DNA from: the human T2T-CHM13v2.0 reference genome, Homo sapiens
DNA length: 64,000 nucleotides
Strand: one strand, 5' to 3'
Assembly (NCBI RefSeq): GCF_009914755.1
Contig: NC_060926.1
Shown: positions 40,620-54,925 of the stretch, piece after piece
Numbering within the stretch: the first letter of the stretch is position 1
How the letters are laid out: every line of letters starts with the position of its first letter
Notes under the pieces: model-generated
Databases searched by the model: none
Told to the model about the DNA's origin: nothing
The model's input: only the letters and a program-made list of their open reading frames with translations
Position numbers and translations under genes: made by a program

Positions 40620-40973
40620 TTTGACTGTGTCCCCACCCAAATCTCATCTTGAATTCCCATGTGTTGTGGGAGGGGCCCGGTGGGAGATAATTGAATCATG
40701 GGAGAAAGTCTTTCCTGTGCTGTTTTCCTGTGCTGACAGTGAATAAGTCTCAGAAGATCCAATCATTTTATAAAGAGGAGTTCCCCTGCATGAGTTCTCT
40801 CTCTTTGCCTGCTGCCGTCCATGAAATACGTGATTTGCTCCTCCTTGCCTTCCACCATGATTGTGAGGCTTCCCCAGCCACGTGGAACTGTAAGTCCAAT
40901 TAAACCTCCTTCTTTTGTAAATTGCCCAGTCTCTGGTATGTCTTTATTAGCAGTGTGAAAATAGACTGATACA
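40620..40973 (+). mobile_element. THE1 (THE1B-like) solo LTR
   Basis: gctgtgtccccacccaaatctcatcttgaatt-like start...ccacgtggaactgtaagtccaattaaacct...agactgataca. Confidence 0.93.
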
Positions 40974-41229
40974 CCCAGCATCCTTTTATATCCACAGGAC
41001 AAGGATAACTGATGTTTCATAATGATGATCCTAAAGAGGAATAAGATTCTGCAGAATATTATAAAACATTAAATCAAGAATAAATTATGATAGTTATCAT
41101 GTAGAGCTAAGCATATTTTATTACAATTTGAAAATTATCTGAGTATTATGTACATTTCAATATTGTTTTCAGAACAATTGAGGCATCAAGCATGCAAGTA
41201 ACAAAGCTTGGGCAGTTCAGAAAAGTGGT

Positions 41230-41460
41230 CAAGTGTATACCTGCCGAGTTTGATCAATTTGCTTTGGAATCCCAGTTCTGCTTCTTACTAGTTGTGTGAC
41301 TTTAAGCAGTAATTACCCCAGTTTTCTCATCTTAAAAATGAGGATTATATTAGTATCTACTCTACAGAGTCATCATGAGGCTATCAGATCATGGAGGCAG
41401 AACATTTAGCACAAAGACAGACACAAGATAAACACTCCAAGAGAATAACTAATATTATAT
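41230..41460 (+). mobile_element. MIR
   Basis: aatcccagttctgcttcttactagttgtgtgacttt...ttctcatcttaaaaatgagga. Confidence 0.8.
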
Positions 41461-42275
41461 TTTAGACTTACTATTGTGGGAATATGAGAAAATGTCTAAT
41501 CATTTGTGTAGTTAGGGAGATACAAAACAAAAATATCCTCAAATGGAACTGACACAAAGAGGCTCACTCTGAATTTAACACCAAGAAAGTGCAAAAGAAA
41601 TTAGCATTCCATATAAATAAGCTCTTTGTGATGACTTTTTTTAAAAAACGAAAGGGAATGTACAGCCCCAATTCACTGAGAGCTGCCAGGGTCATTGCAA
41701 CATTTGAGGAGGAAAGCATGTAGGGTGAGCAGAGAGGAGCAGGTCAGGGCTATGAATTCAGGCCCAAGGCATCATTCACAGAAGACATTAACTGCAAAGA
41801 GGCCCTTCTCCCCTCGCTTCAGGCTGTTAAGTGAGCAGAAACGCAAGAACCACTATCCCTGAAGCTTTTCACTAGCTTGTTTATTTACCCATCAAGAACC
41901 ATAAGGACCTTTACTGCATAAAATGCCAAGTGTGGTGGTAATAGACATCAAACGATCTATGTCTACCAACAAATAAAAGACTAAAGTAATAAACATAGAG
42001 AGATGAGTGTTTAATGACCTTCAACAAATTTTTATTGTAAGATCCGTAACAGTTAACTATATACACTGACATCTCTGACCTGGAGCAGTCTCTGTTTTCA
42101 AAGACAGAGAAAGAGGCCCAAATCCTGCCTTGCTATAATGGCTCTTGAAAACTGGCTTGAGTGTATCAGCCTGGCACAGCTTGCCAAAATTGCCAGGCCC
42201 CTGAAACTTCCTCCATGATCATAAAGGTGGAATTTCTCCATGTTGAGCATCTCCCAACCCCATGCCCCAACACAG

Positions 42276-42277
<2 letters not shown>

Positions 42278-42313
<36 letters not shown>
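42278..42313. repeat. (CA)n microsatellite
   Basis: About 17 CA units. Confidence 0.98.
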
Positions 42314-42315
<2 letters not shown>

Positions 42316-43157
42316 CTTTAACTCTTTTCATAGCTGGATAAAATACTCAAGTCAGCAGATACTTTTAGACCATTTCTTCCCAAAATCAACACATGCAGAT
42401 GAAGCATAATAAATGCCATCATTCAAGATGCTTTTGAATCTCCATAATCCCCAATCACTGGTCGTAACTTTGTCCTACCAACATCTGGCTATAACTTAAA
42501 GTGAATGGTCATTTTGTCAGTGTTAAGATACCTTAGAATGCTTCCTTGTATAGAGATTTTCATTTGTAAACAGAACATAAATAAAGACAGAAGAAAGCAA
42601 TAATTGCTTCTCTGTTAAACATCACAGATTATAAAATCACCACAGCACAAAGCTAGAAAGGTAGCACAAAGATGTTAATTTCCTTTTAGGCCCACTGCCT
42701 AGTTTTCCTTCAGCACCATAAGGCTTCATTTGGGTCCACAGTCTATGTGCCAGGCCTTAAATTCAAGCCTGGATTCATGATTCTTCACCAGAAACAGGGG
42801 AGCAGTTTTGAGAACTCATGAGACTCAGATTCATGGAGATTCTGAAATAAGGAGGCTACTTCTCTTTCTCTCTTTGGTTTGGCCGGCAGCAGATGTCAGC
42901 CCTGAAACAGACCTAATATAACACACAGCCAGTCTTCCAGTAGTGTGGGCTTTGAGGGAAGAGGTTACTTGTTATTTTGTGTGTGGGCGTGGTAGGGGAT
43001 ATGACACTAAGGTACATAGTAAGTGCTCAATAAATGTTCACTAAATTCATGTCTATGATACATTTCTTTGAAGACCAAATGGAAAAATGGTGATAGTTTT
43101 TTCTTCATGGTTTCTGAAATATAAGATTAATATATTAGCAAAATAATAAAAGGATTT

Positions 43158-43470
<313 letters not shown>

Positions 43471-43789
43471 TCAGAAGTTATGAATTCAATTGACAATGGC
43501 AGAGGAGTATCAGTTTAGAAGATAAGTATCTGTGTAATCCATGATCTCCAGAATCATTTTAAAAATAATGTAGGCTTTGGGCTTAAGCATGATCCAATTG
43601 CTTGTCATTCACAAGCTTCTGTAATTTGAAGAGGATCTTTCCAAAAGCTGGGTAAAACTTAGGGCAGAAGCTCAGTGTCATGGAAATCCATTCTTTGGTC
43701 TGCCCAGAACAAAATGCTTCTCTAGGAAATGCTCCTTCTACTATGTGTTTCAAAAAAGCAGTGGCCATATTCTGAGAGATCTTACCTTC

Positions 43790-44965
43790 CACTTAAAGTA
43801 GGTCCAGGGTCAGCCACTGAATCAATATTGGCCAATTGTCCAGCAAATCCCTCTGGCTGTTATGACTGGTCTAGCACTTGACCCAAACAGGTCAATCAGA
43901 GTGCTTTCTGAGATGTTTTTATTTTTAGATAAGAAAGCATGTCTTACATATGAAAAAATGCTCATCATCACTGGTCATCAGAGAAATGCAAATCAAAACC
44001 ACAATGAGATACCATCTCATGCCAGTTAGAATAATGATCATTAAAAAGTCAGGAAACAACAGATGCTGGAGAGGATGTGGAGAAATAGGAACGGTTTTAC
44101 ACTGTTGGTGAGAGTGTAAATTAGTTCAACCATTGTGGAAGACAGTGTGGCAATTCCTCAAGGATCTAGAACTAGAAATATGATTTGACCCAGTGATCCC
44201 ATTACTGGGTATATACCCAAAGGATTATAAATCATGCTACTATAAAGGCACATGAACACATATGTTTATTGTGGCACTATTCACAGTAGCAAAGACTTGG
44301 AACCAACCCAAATGTCCATCAATGATAGACTGGATTAAGAAAACATGGCACATATACACATATGGAATACTATGCAGCCATAAAAAAGGATGAGTTCATG
44401 TCCTTTGCAGGGACATGGATGAAGCTGGAAACCATCATTCTCAGCAAACTATCACAAGGACAGAAAACCAAACACTGCATGTTCTTACTCATAGGTGGGA
44501 GTTGAACAATGAGAACACATGAATACAGGGTGGGGAATATGACACACCACGGCCTGTTGGGAAGTTGGGGGCTGGGGGAGGGATAGCATTAGGAGAAATA
44601 TGTAATGTAAATGATGAGTCGATGGGTACAGCAAACCAACATGGCACATGTATACCTGTGTAACAAACCTGCATGTTGTGCACATGTATCCTAGAACTTA
44701 AAGTATAATAATAAAAAAAAAAATTACCTACAAAAAAAAAAAAAAAAGGAAAAAAAAAAGAAAGCATGTCTTAGAGCTTCTGTGTCTCTCTGGCAGTGAA
44801 ATCAAAGATGGGAGTATAATAGTTACTGGGTACCATGTCCCAACGCCGTAAAGAAACTGGTCTGCAGTAGAAGAGGAAGATATTAACAAGCAGAAAGGGG
44901 TAGAGCATAACAAGGAATAGACATGGAAGGTGTTGGTGGCATTAGTCCCAGATTCCACTTGTCCT
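43790..44965. mobile_element. Old MLT1-type LTR split by the L1PA insertion
   Basis: tgacccaaacaggtcaatcagagt on the left and ccagattccacttgtcc on the right. Confidence 0.4.
43947..44757 (+). mobile_element. Primate L1PA (about PA5-PA7) 5'-truncated 3' end
   Basis: Close match to the L1PA 3' end with poly(A); perfect 16-bp TSD aagaaagcatgtctta (43931-43946 / 44758-44773). Confidence 0.97.
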
Positions 44966-44999
44966 CCTCCCTGCAATCTGATATTTCCACCATATAAAT

Positions 45000-45250
45000 A
45001 TAATAGATATAAATAAATTCAAGAGATAGGTAACAGCAAAATATAGTAAAATACTTAGGAAGAGATAGGTTGTTTTATGTATTTATTGCCTTTGCTCTTC
45101 ATGCAATTTATTTAATTGAAAGTTTACATAATTTTTAATGATGACTGTTTAACAACTAGCTTGAAAAATTTCCCATCAGTTCTGGTATGATACAAGCATA
45201 TGAGCATATAAGTTCTTGTATGAGTGGTACAAGCATATTCATTGAGCATT
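45000..45250 (-). mobile_element. MER63-like hAT fragment
   Basis: ataatttttaatgatgactgtttaacaactagcttgaaaaattt. Confidence 0.55.
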
Positions 45251-45264
45251 GGTAACCTTAAGTA

Positions 45265-45317
45265 CATATATATATATATATACACACACACACATATACA
45301 TACACATACATATACAC
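45265..45317. repeat. (TA)n/(CA)n compound microsatellite
   Basis: catatatatatatatatacacacacacacatatacatacacatacatatacac. Confidence 0.95.
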
Positions 45318-45899
45318 TAAAGTTTTACATTTTTATGTACTTTATCAAAATTTTGCGGTTTTGGCATTTAGTATTGTATTAGAAAGGTCTCCTCCTGTTA
45401 GAATATTATTAAAATATTCATATTTTCTTCCAGCATTTTAATAGTATTATTTTTTCATATCAAAATTGTTAATTTATCTGAAATTTATTTCCATGTAAAG
45501 TGTGAGGTAAGGATCTAAACTTTTCCCCCAAATATTAGTCTGTTATCATAATGTCTTTTATTTGAATAAACCATCCTTCTACTTCACCTTTATATTAAAT
45601 TCTAATGAATATTTAGATCCATTCTGTGGACATCTATTCTGGCCCATTGATTGATTTCTACTGTTATGGCCAGTATCACCCTGTTCTAATTAGTGACTCT
45701 TTAAAATACATTTTTATCTCTTTTAGAGCACCTTACCCACTACTCTTTTCTGAGCTATTTTTGTGTAATATTATTCCAAATGAATTATATAATTTTTGTC
45801 AGATTTCAAAAAATCCCATTAGAACTTTGATTGCATTTGCATTAAATTTTTGCCTCCTCACAATATTGAATTCTGCCATCCAAGAACATGATATTTTAT

Positions 45900-45949
45900 A
45901 TCTATACCTATATGCCTGTAATCTACATCTATACCTATATGCCTGTAAT
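45900..45949. repeat. 27-bp-period tandem duplication
   Basis: atctatacctatatgcctgtaat occurs at 45900 and 45927. Confidence 0.93.
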
Positions 45950-45989
45950 TCTATCTCCATTTATTCAAGTCTTCTTTTATTTCTAACAG

Positions 45990-45992
<3 letters not shown>

Positions 45993-46032
<40 letters not shown>
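45993..46032. repeat. (AT)20 microsatellite
   Basis: Pure AT dinucleotide run. Confidence 0.98.
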
Positions 46033-46034
<2 letters not shown>

Positions 46035-46197
46035 TTTTAATTTGGGTCTTGTACTTTTCTTGTTGTTTATTTCTACCAATATTATATTTTGTTGTTATTA
46101 CTAATGAAATTTCTCATCCTGTTCAATCAGAAATTTTCAGTTAAAAGTACAAAAGGGTCAATTTTGACTATTGCTTTGTTTGTATATTTACAACTGA

Positions 46198-46512
<315 letters not shown>

Positions 46513-47849
46513 ACTTTTCTGGCTCTCTTAATGATTCTATTAGTTCTTTATTTGATTCCTATCTGAAAGTAAAAATGTTTTTACTTTATTTTCAATACTT
46601 ACACCTCTTACTTCCTTTTCTTGTCTGATTGCATTGTTGAAGACTGCCAAACAACACTGAATAATGGTAAAACTAGACATCCTTGCCTTGTTGCTTCTTT
46701 TCATGCAAATTGCTCTAGCTGTTGTCTTCAGATACATTTTTATTATTTTAAAGTATATCATTAAAATCTCATTTAACTAAAAGATTTTATCAGTTAAATG
46801 TTGATTTTTATCAAATGCTTTCCTGCCTTATGAGAAGACTTATCTGGTTTTTCCTTTATTGTAGTAATAAGTATTCTAATGTTGACCTGTTCTGCATTCC
46901 TGAAGGACACCCTACCCTTAAATTAGCGTGATGATTTCTACAGAATAGGTACAAAATATATAGATTAATTTACTAATCAATTGATTGGGAAATGAAAATA
47001 AAAGTCGCTGATCCTCACTGTTGTTAGGAAGTGAAATTACTGTGGTTATTTTGTCCTCCTTAGGATAATAAGAACAACAAAGACCCAAATTAATTAGCTC
47101 CAAGAATGATGAATGCCAAGGAAGAAATTTTCCTGGATATTAAGTTTCAATTCCTGAGAGAAAGTAGTTACTGGCTTCTAAGTAGATTTTTACATCCCTT
47201 GACTTGATAAATGTTAAAGTGAGTATAAAACAACAGCACTCAGAAAGTTGGCCTAATTCAACTACTGTTTACAATGGGTGGACATGTTGGATAGGTTAAC
47301 ATCTGAAAAACAGATGTTCCCTGTTGTGGAAACCTTAGGAGGTATTATTATTCTGTCTAAGAAAGTTTAAGTGGGCTAACGACTTTAGTAGGGACAATTT
47401 CCTGTGGCAGAGACTGCGTCTGCCAGATCCATGTTAAAAGTGTGCCAATATGCTGACTTTTGCACCCCATCCACAGTGAATGATTCTCCTTGCTGTTTCC
47501 ATACTCCAGCCATGAAATCTGAGCCCAGAAGGGGGACTACCTCTTTCTCTCTCAGCTCCCGTACTTCTGTGTAGAACTAGGTCTGACTCACTCCAACTAT
47601 CCTAATATTCAAAATCTGTCAAGGAAGATGGTAGCCTTGCCCTTGAAATACAATGTCTGGATATTCACATTTCTTTCAGTCAAGAAACACTTCCTGACAA
47701 CTAGCTTCTATTCCTCAAACTCTCTTTCTCTTATAATTAGTGTTTTAAATTGCTTTCAAAATGCTTCAAAAAAAGTTCTTGCCCTTCTAGCTGGCCTTCC
47801 TTATTAGGGATCAAACTAACTGAGAAATTGCTACACAAAATCAAATTCT

Positions 47850-48000
47850 CCCAGCTTTATTGAGCACCTACTATGTACCAAGTACCAAAGCAGATGCAAG
47901 AGGGGACTGGGGAGGGAAAGATTAGGAAACTTTTAGAGTAAAGATGACTCAGACCTGGTTCGTGCCTTAAGAAGCTTGTGAGTTACCTGAGAAGCAAACA
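47850..48000 (-). mobile_element. L2 fragment
   Basis: tttattgagcacctactatgtacca. Confidence 0.7.
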
Positions 48001-48424
48001 CCAGAAACAAAATTATTCCCTAAGGGCACTTTCCATGGATTGTGACTTCCAAAGGAGAATCCACATATGGGGGAGTGTTATCTGCAAACACACAATACAA
48101 AGCATTTCACGCTACTTGATGTTTATATAGATCATTTTCCAAGAAAATAAAAGTGGTTTATATATGGTTCCTACAACATCTACACAATTCCCTCACCTGC
48201 CAAGGCCTCTGCTTCCCTTCATACACACATAGGCCTTTAACTGACTTCAAAGGGAACTTGGTGCATAAAGGGAGAGGCACACAGAGGCTGAAATGCACAC
48301 ACACTGCCATTAATCTCAGAACACTTCTCTGCGCTGAGGAGGCAGGAAGTACTGTTATAGCCCTTTAAAAACAAAGGAATTGGACATAAAGGTTAATCAT
48401 CTTTCCCAGAGCCAAAATGGTTCC

Positions 48425-48680
48425 CGGGAGTTTAGCATGGTGGTGAGGTGCTTCAGCTCTGAAGTCAGACAGCTGGAATTTGAATCTTGGTCCCAACACT
48501 CATCACCAGTGCAACCTCAAGTAACTGACTTAACCTCTCTGTGGTTTCTTCATTGGTAAGATGGAGATTTTAAAAATGGCTACAATATAAGTTTGTTTTG
48601 AAGCCTGAGTAAGTCAAAACCTCTAAAATATTAGAGTACTGATTACCATATACTAATTACTCAATAAGTATTTATAAATA
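48425..48680 (+). mobile_element. MIR
   Basis: gctctgaagtcagacagctggaatttgaatcttgg...gacttaacctctctgtg. Confidence 0.8.
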
Positions 48681-50369
48681 TTATTCTGGAAGCAATAGTG
48701 CAAATAGCTCCCAGACTTTTGCATAAGTATTAGATTTAGGTCACAGCCAATCCAGCAAGTGAAACTTTCAAGATAGAATTCACCCCAAGCCATCCCACTG
48801 AATTAGAAATAACAAAACTGGCTCCAAACTAGCTCAGCAAACCTCAGACAAAAATAAGGGACTCTCCTTCCCTCCCCTACCGTAATGTCTTTGTTTTCAT
48901 TATCCTGAGTATACAAAACTGAAATTTGCTTCAGCTGAAATTATACACTTCCATTGTCATGTTTCTTCTCTTTTTTTATGTCAGGATCACAAAGATGACA
49001 TAGGACCTGAGAAGTTTCATTTTGCCCCAGGAAGATTACCTGGCTATTTCCAAAGAGATGCTGCACATGAGTCTTGAGGAAGGAAAGAAGAGTTCATTCT
49101 TATCACCAAGCTGTAAAAACACCTAAATCAAATTGTCAGGTCATCCTTCAATTCCAGTTAGTTTCATAAGGGATGTATTATTTATACATGATTACAAACT
49201 ATGCTCTAAAACATCCATACACAAAGCAAAACTGGATATTAAAAACCTCAATCTGTAAAAACTTGCATTCTGCCCCAAACAGACAAGTGGCTGTCATGTG
49301 GGAATCTGTGCTATAAATGTACTGCAATGTAATAGAAGAGTAATTAAAAATCCCTAAAGTAGACCACCACCACTACTCAGCAAAACCTTAGATCAGCCTC
49401 TGCTAACTTAGGAGGTTAATGCTCGTCAGTCTTCAGTAAACTTCTCAATTCCACTTCTATTTGATTCATTCACCTTACCCCTTTGCATGGTTACAGATGA
49501 ACACTACTGGCCCCAGGCTGACTGACATAGGTAATAAACTGAACTCGACTGGTGTTGAACATAGGTCCGTGCTCAAGAGCCATTAGCATCAGATGAATTA
49601 TGACTTCAGGTGACTTGTCCAAAGTCACACAGAAAGTTTTAGTAAGAGATTCACATGTCTGCTTCCTTGGAAACATTTTAAACATTATCCATTACCACTA
49701 CTAATGGATAAAATGACTCAGGACATATACCAACCGATAATGCACTGGGCATCAAAGCCATTAAAGGAAGAACATAGAAATGTTACTGTTTATATTTTTA
49801 ATTTGTTTAGGTGTAGAAGAGCCCTGTGAAATAACTGCTCTGATCCCAATAACCACCCCTGTCTGGGAGCTTCCTTCCTTACCCTGCAGGGTAACCCCTT
49901 GGCAGCTATGTTTGCACTATATCATCTCTAAAAAAAAAAAAAGGGCAGAGATGGCCTAAGTTGGGCCAATCATATTATCTCTCCTGAGAATATGGTCTCT
50001 TCTTGACAGGTTTGAAAATAATATAAAGGGGACTGGAAAACCTAGTCAGGGAACTGCATGTTGTCATCAGGATAACATCACCTTATTCAGAAAATCACTA
50101 GTCTTCCTGCAGGGAACAATGGTCTGTGACTGAAGATCCAGCAGCACCGCAGGAAGGTGGCCCTGCCATCAGCTGTCTGTGTGAGGAGCTGAAAACTGAG
50201 GCAGGCCTGCCATTCAGGAGGAGGATGCAGCGTCCACGTGGGAGGATGATTCCACCTTGTCGGGAATGTCAGGAAGGTTGCTCCTTCACCTTCCTGGCTC
50301 ACTCCCTGGGACCACCTTCTGCACTTTCGGGTTTCATCTCAAGACATTTATTTAGCAATTTTCACGTAC

Positions 50370-51125
50370 ACCATACCTTATTATTAACTTTATAGTCTCT
50401 GTGTTGTACAATAGGTCTCTCGAATGAATTTCTTCTAACTGAAATTTTGTATCCTTTGACAAACATCTTCCCAGTCCACTCTCCATCCCACCCCAGCCTT
50501 TGGTAACCACTATTCCACTCTTTGCTTCTATGAGTTTGACTTTTTTTGATTCCATATATAACTGAGAACATGCAGTATTTGTGTTCCTGTGCCTGGGTTG
50601 TCTTTCTGTGCCTGGCTTATTTCACTTAACATAATGTCCTCCAGGTTTATACATGTTGCAAATGACAGAACTCCCTCCTTTTTTAAGGCTAAATCATACT
50701 CCATTGTGTATATAAACTACATTTTCTTTACCCATTCATCTGTCAATGAACATTCAGGTTGATTCTGTATCTAGACTATTGTGAATAGTGCTGCCATGCA
50801 CATGGGAGTGCAGAATCTCTTTGAAATACTGATTTCATTTCCTTTGGATATATATTCAGAAGTGGGATTGCTAAGTCATATGACAGTTCTATTTTTAACT
50901 ATTTGAGGAACCTCCATACTGTTTTTCATAATGGCTGTACTAATTTATCTTCCCACCAACATATGCAAGCATTCCGTTTTCTCCACATCCTCACTATCAC
51001 TTTATTTTTATATTTTTTATAATAACCACTCCAACACACGTGAAGTGATATCTCATTGTGGTTTTAATTTGCATTTCTCTGATGATTAATGAGGTTGGAC
51101 ACTTTTTTCATATACCTGTTGGCCA
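50370..51125 (-). mobile_element. L1MA-like 3' fragment
   Basis: gtacaataggtctctcgaa...ttctatgagtttgact...catatacctgttggcca. Confidence 0.92.
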
Positions 51126-51240
51126 GGCATTTCCTTATTCATAGAAAGTGGTAAAATCATCCTCTTTAAGGGATTAATTGTAAATAACTTTAAATGTTAC
51201 TACTTTAAAGAGTATTTACATTTCTATAAGCATTGCTAGC

Positions 51241-51276
51241 AGTAGTAATAGTAGTAGTAGTAGTAGCAGTAATAGT
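51241..51276. repeat. Imperfect (AGT)n repeat
   Basis: agtagtaatagtagtagtagtagtagcagtaatagt. Confidence 0.9.
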
Positions 51277-51479
51277 GATAACTGCTAACAATTCAAAGAC
51301 TTCTAAGCTGCTACAGGCCCTGGCCAGCCCCTATAAGCTCCATTACTGTGCTTAAGTATTCTCCTACATAGACACCCACCCTACTCCAAGAATAGTCTCC
51401 AAAAGTCTTGATGAAATCTCTCACAGTGGCCTTCCACCTTAGATTGCCTCCTTTGTTGACTTTATTCAGATGTCTCAGA

Positions 51480-51800
51480 ATCCAACACACAAGGAACTGA
51501 CAGAATGGGATATAGGATTAGGAGTCACTGCCTGGAAATGCAACCTATGGGAACAGATGTGATCTCCCAGGGAAAGAGCATAGAGTGGGAATAGCACCAA
51601 AGACTGATTTCAGGGTAAGGGGAGAGCTAATGGAAATGGAGGGAGCAGAGGAGTCAGAGAAGAAGAGGAAGAACCAACAGAAATCTCAGTGAAGTAGAGG
51701 TGGAGAGAAAGCTTTTAAGAAAAAGGGATGGGCTATAGTGCCAGAGGCTGAAGAAAGATGCAGGCTGAGAATGGCAATGGGGCCAGCAACTGGGAGACAT
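51480..51800 (-). mobile_element. L2 fragment
   Basis: gatgtgatctcccagggaaagagcatagagtggga...ggagtcagagaagaagagg. Confidence 0.55.
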
Positions 51801-53152
51801 CAGAGCACTGGCCTTATTTATCTCCAAGCATGAGCAGGTGACAGGAAGAGCATCAGCTGGCAGGGTGGTTATGATGTGCCAGGGAGGAGACAGGACTCAA
51901 CAGCAACAAGAGGCCAAAGACTAATTGGCTAAAACTAGTCCCATGGAGCCACAGATATTGAAGTTGCCAAACTCAGAAAAAGTCCATCAATGTTGTATAG
52001 AAAATAATTAAGATTACTCATCAATGTCCCTCTTGCCTTACCACCACCATTATGCCACAGTTAAGGCACGGCACACTGTCTTAGATGGATGAATACTACT
52101 GTGCCTGGTGACAATAATGATAGCAACATATTGACCAGCATAAACCCAGCTACGTGGACTCCTTAAACTGATTTTATTTATCTGTCCTTTACTTGTAAAA
52201 CAGAGAGAAAAATTGCCAAAAATATTTCAGAACTTTCCTCCACAAAGAAATATAAGATTTATACTGATTCAACTCCACTCCATATCTTTTCCAGCCACAC
52301 AAAACAATAAGAGCTGATATTTGGGATAATAACCTGAAACAAAAATCCGTAATCACTGAAGAAATATTTATGCCCAAATACTTCACTGAACAAACACTGT
52401 ATACTTTCAGAAGCTCTATTCCACTTAATCTTGACAAGAACACTAGGAGGTAGATAGTATCTCATTAGAGTTAGTTAATCAAATTCAAATGACATAATCT
52501 TTGGATATAGACAGAACAACAAATTTATTTTGACAGTGTTAGGCTTGGTACTCCTATGCGTTTCAGAAATCAAAAATTAAATCACTTATGAAGAAACTAG
52601 CCTCATGTGCTCAAAGAAAACACTTTTATAATATTCTATTCCTTTATATGAATATTTTTAAATTATTGAGATATGAAATGGAAAAAAAGAAGCAATGAAT
52701 TTGAGGTGCAATGGCATTCCCCTAGGCTCAAAAATAACACATTTAATAGAATTTTTAGTCTATAACTTGGGTGCAGGGGTCTTACTGAAATATCTGAACC
52801 CCTTGACCATCTATTATGTACAAATCTATCATTAAGGCTTTATCAGCAAGAGGTTGGGGAAGATATCACTGATTTTCACATGAAGCCAATGAAACACACA
52901 GATATGAAGCCAGTAAAGGGAGATGCCAAAATTATAACTCATTTTTCCCGATTTATTTTATATTACTATATTATTTTTCTATCTGCTAGAGTATTTGAAC
53001 TTATTAATAAAATTAAGATGCATTACTCTAATATAATATCATGTTAATCAATGAAATTTTGCCTATATCATGTATAAAAACCAAATGTTTTCATATATGA
53101 CTAGGAATTACAGCATCCTGCAAAAATGAAGAGTACCTCATATTCTCCCTTC

Positions 53153-53214
<62 letters not shown>
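53153..53214. repeat. (CT)12(CA)19 compound microsatellite
   Basis: Read directly from the sequence. Confidence 0.97.
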
Positions 53215-53216
<2 letters not shown>

Positions 53217-54925
53217 AGCCAGCTGTTCTGTCTCGGATGTCTTTGTGAAAGGCTGTTGGTTGTTGACTGACCATTGACAGACCCCTCTGGGCACCCAGTA
53301 ATGGCTGATTCCTTCTCCTTCTCCACCGGCCAAACCATGTTGTCAGAGGAAAGATGGTCAGCTATGAAAAAAAATAATTGCTCCAGGAAAGAGCAAACGT
53401 GCAAAGGGCAGCTGTTTCCCTTCTCTCTCAGGACATCCAAGTGCCATTACCAAATTTCCTGTATCCAGGGCTATGGAAAAGTTCGTTGCCCCAGGCAGGG
53501 CATGAGGAGTGGGGAATACCTTTTCCTTTCAAACCTTTTTTCTTTACCCATTATAACTAGAGGATCACCACTCACTATGTTGTCTTATAAATTATTCCTA
53601 TAAGATTTATTTTCATTTCTATGCTTCAAGTCAAACATTCTTTTAAGGCCAAACAGAGTAATTTACTGGATTTGTGTCTCTAAACTATCTTATAAACAGT
53701 TGCTCTCTAGTTCAAGGTGAATAACAGTCTGTGGCAGGCTAGTATCAAAGAATACTGATTGCAATTCAATTTTATTACCTTTGAGGATTCACCGTGAGGA
53801 AGAGGGCAGACTGGTCAAAATCTATAGGCTGATCATCATGAGTTTGTACTGGAAAATTCTTTCCAAGTAAATACCTCCTATAAGGATTTTTTTTACCTCC
53901 TCTCTTCATTGATGACCATATATATTTTTTTCTTTCCTGGAGATGCCAAGATGACAGTGTTGCTAATCATACCTGCAGTTATGGCAGAGGCAGGCAATGC
54001 TCATTCTTTCTAGTCCACTTGCACATAAAGCCTGATCTCTCTAGATTGGCTGCAAATGCTTGTTTAGACCCTGACATGCCCAGTAAACTCACTTTATCTC
54101 TGACACCATTGCAAATGGAAATAAACACAATGTTAACGTCATTACAGCTTCTCACTCTTGATCATTTCATCTGTCATTTAAAGCTCAGATGAGATGCTGG
54201 CAAGATTTTCAGGAAACTAGATATTCTGTCTGGGTAGATTTAACTCTCACTGTTCTAGAAATACTCCCATTAGCCTATGATCTTTGCTTTGGCATGGAGT
54301 CTGATGACACATTGATACCATTTTCTGCCTGTTAACCTACCAAAGGACACAAAACCCTCTTCATTTCCCTAGAAGTACATGTAATATTTCAAAATGTATC
54401 ACGGGGCACAGCCATCCCAGGAAAAAGATGTAAGGTAATGAGATAACGTGAAGAATTCTAGGCACTGAAACTCAATTCTGGTGGTGATTTTAGTCTGAGG
54501 AAACACAACAAAGGTAAGCTAAGGTTGCATTTGTTTCTGTTTTCTTTAATGTCCTTAAAACCTACAGATTATTTAGCCAAAGTAAAAATTTAACTTTTTG
54601 CTAAAGTTTCCTTTCTCTTATAATCTCACTTTTCAAGTCTGAAGCTCTTCAGACTTCAGTGTTTCTCCAGAGCCAATCTCTGTATTCAGCAAACAAGATT
54701 TTGCTAAATGTGTGTATGTGCTGTCTTAGCAGCCATATGCCAAGGAAAAATTAAAGGCAAGGAAGAGGAAATGAAGTGCAAATGGAACTGTAATGTCTAT
54801 GTTATTGGTGATGTGTGTGAGAGAGGAACCAAGTCATTACCGTGGGGTGCAAAGGATTTGTGTTAATGTAAAAACTAGGTAAACTTTATTAAAACTACCT
54901 TGCAGCTTCCAAAAGAAGGCTACTG

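Noticed and set aside
45626-46144. Longest ORF in the track (172 aa)
   Set aside because: Antisense reading of decayed L1 plus a 27-bp duplication and (AT)n; non-ATG start; low complexity
47298-47425. Two small hairpins (8-bp and 7-bp stems) as terminators or ncRNA
   Set aside because: Stems of this size are expected by chance in 64 kb; intrinsic terminators are irrelevant in this context
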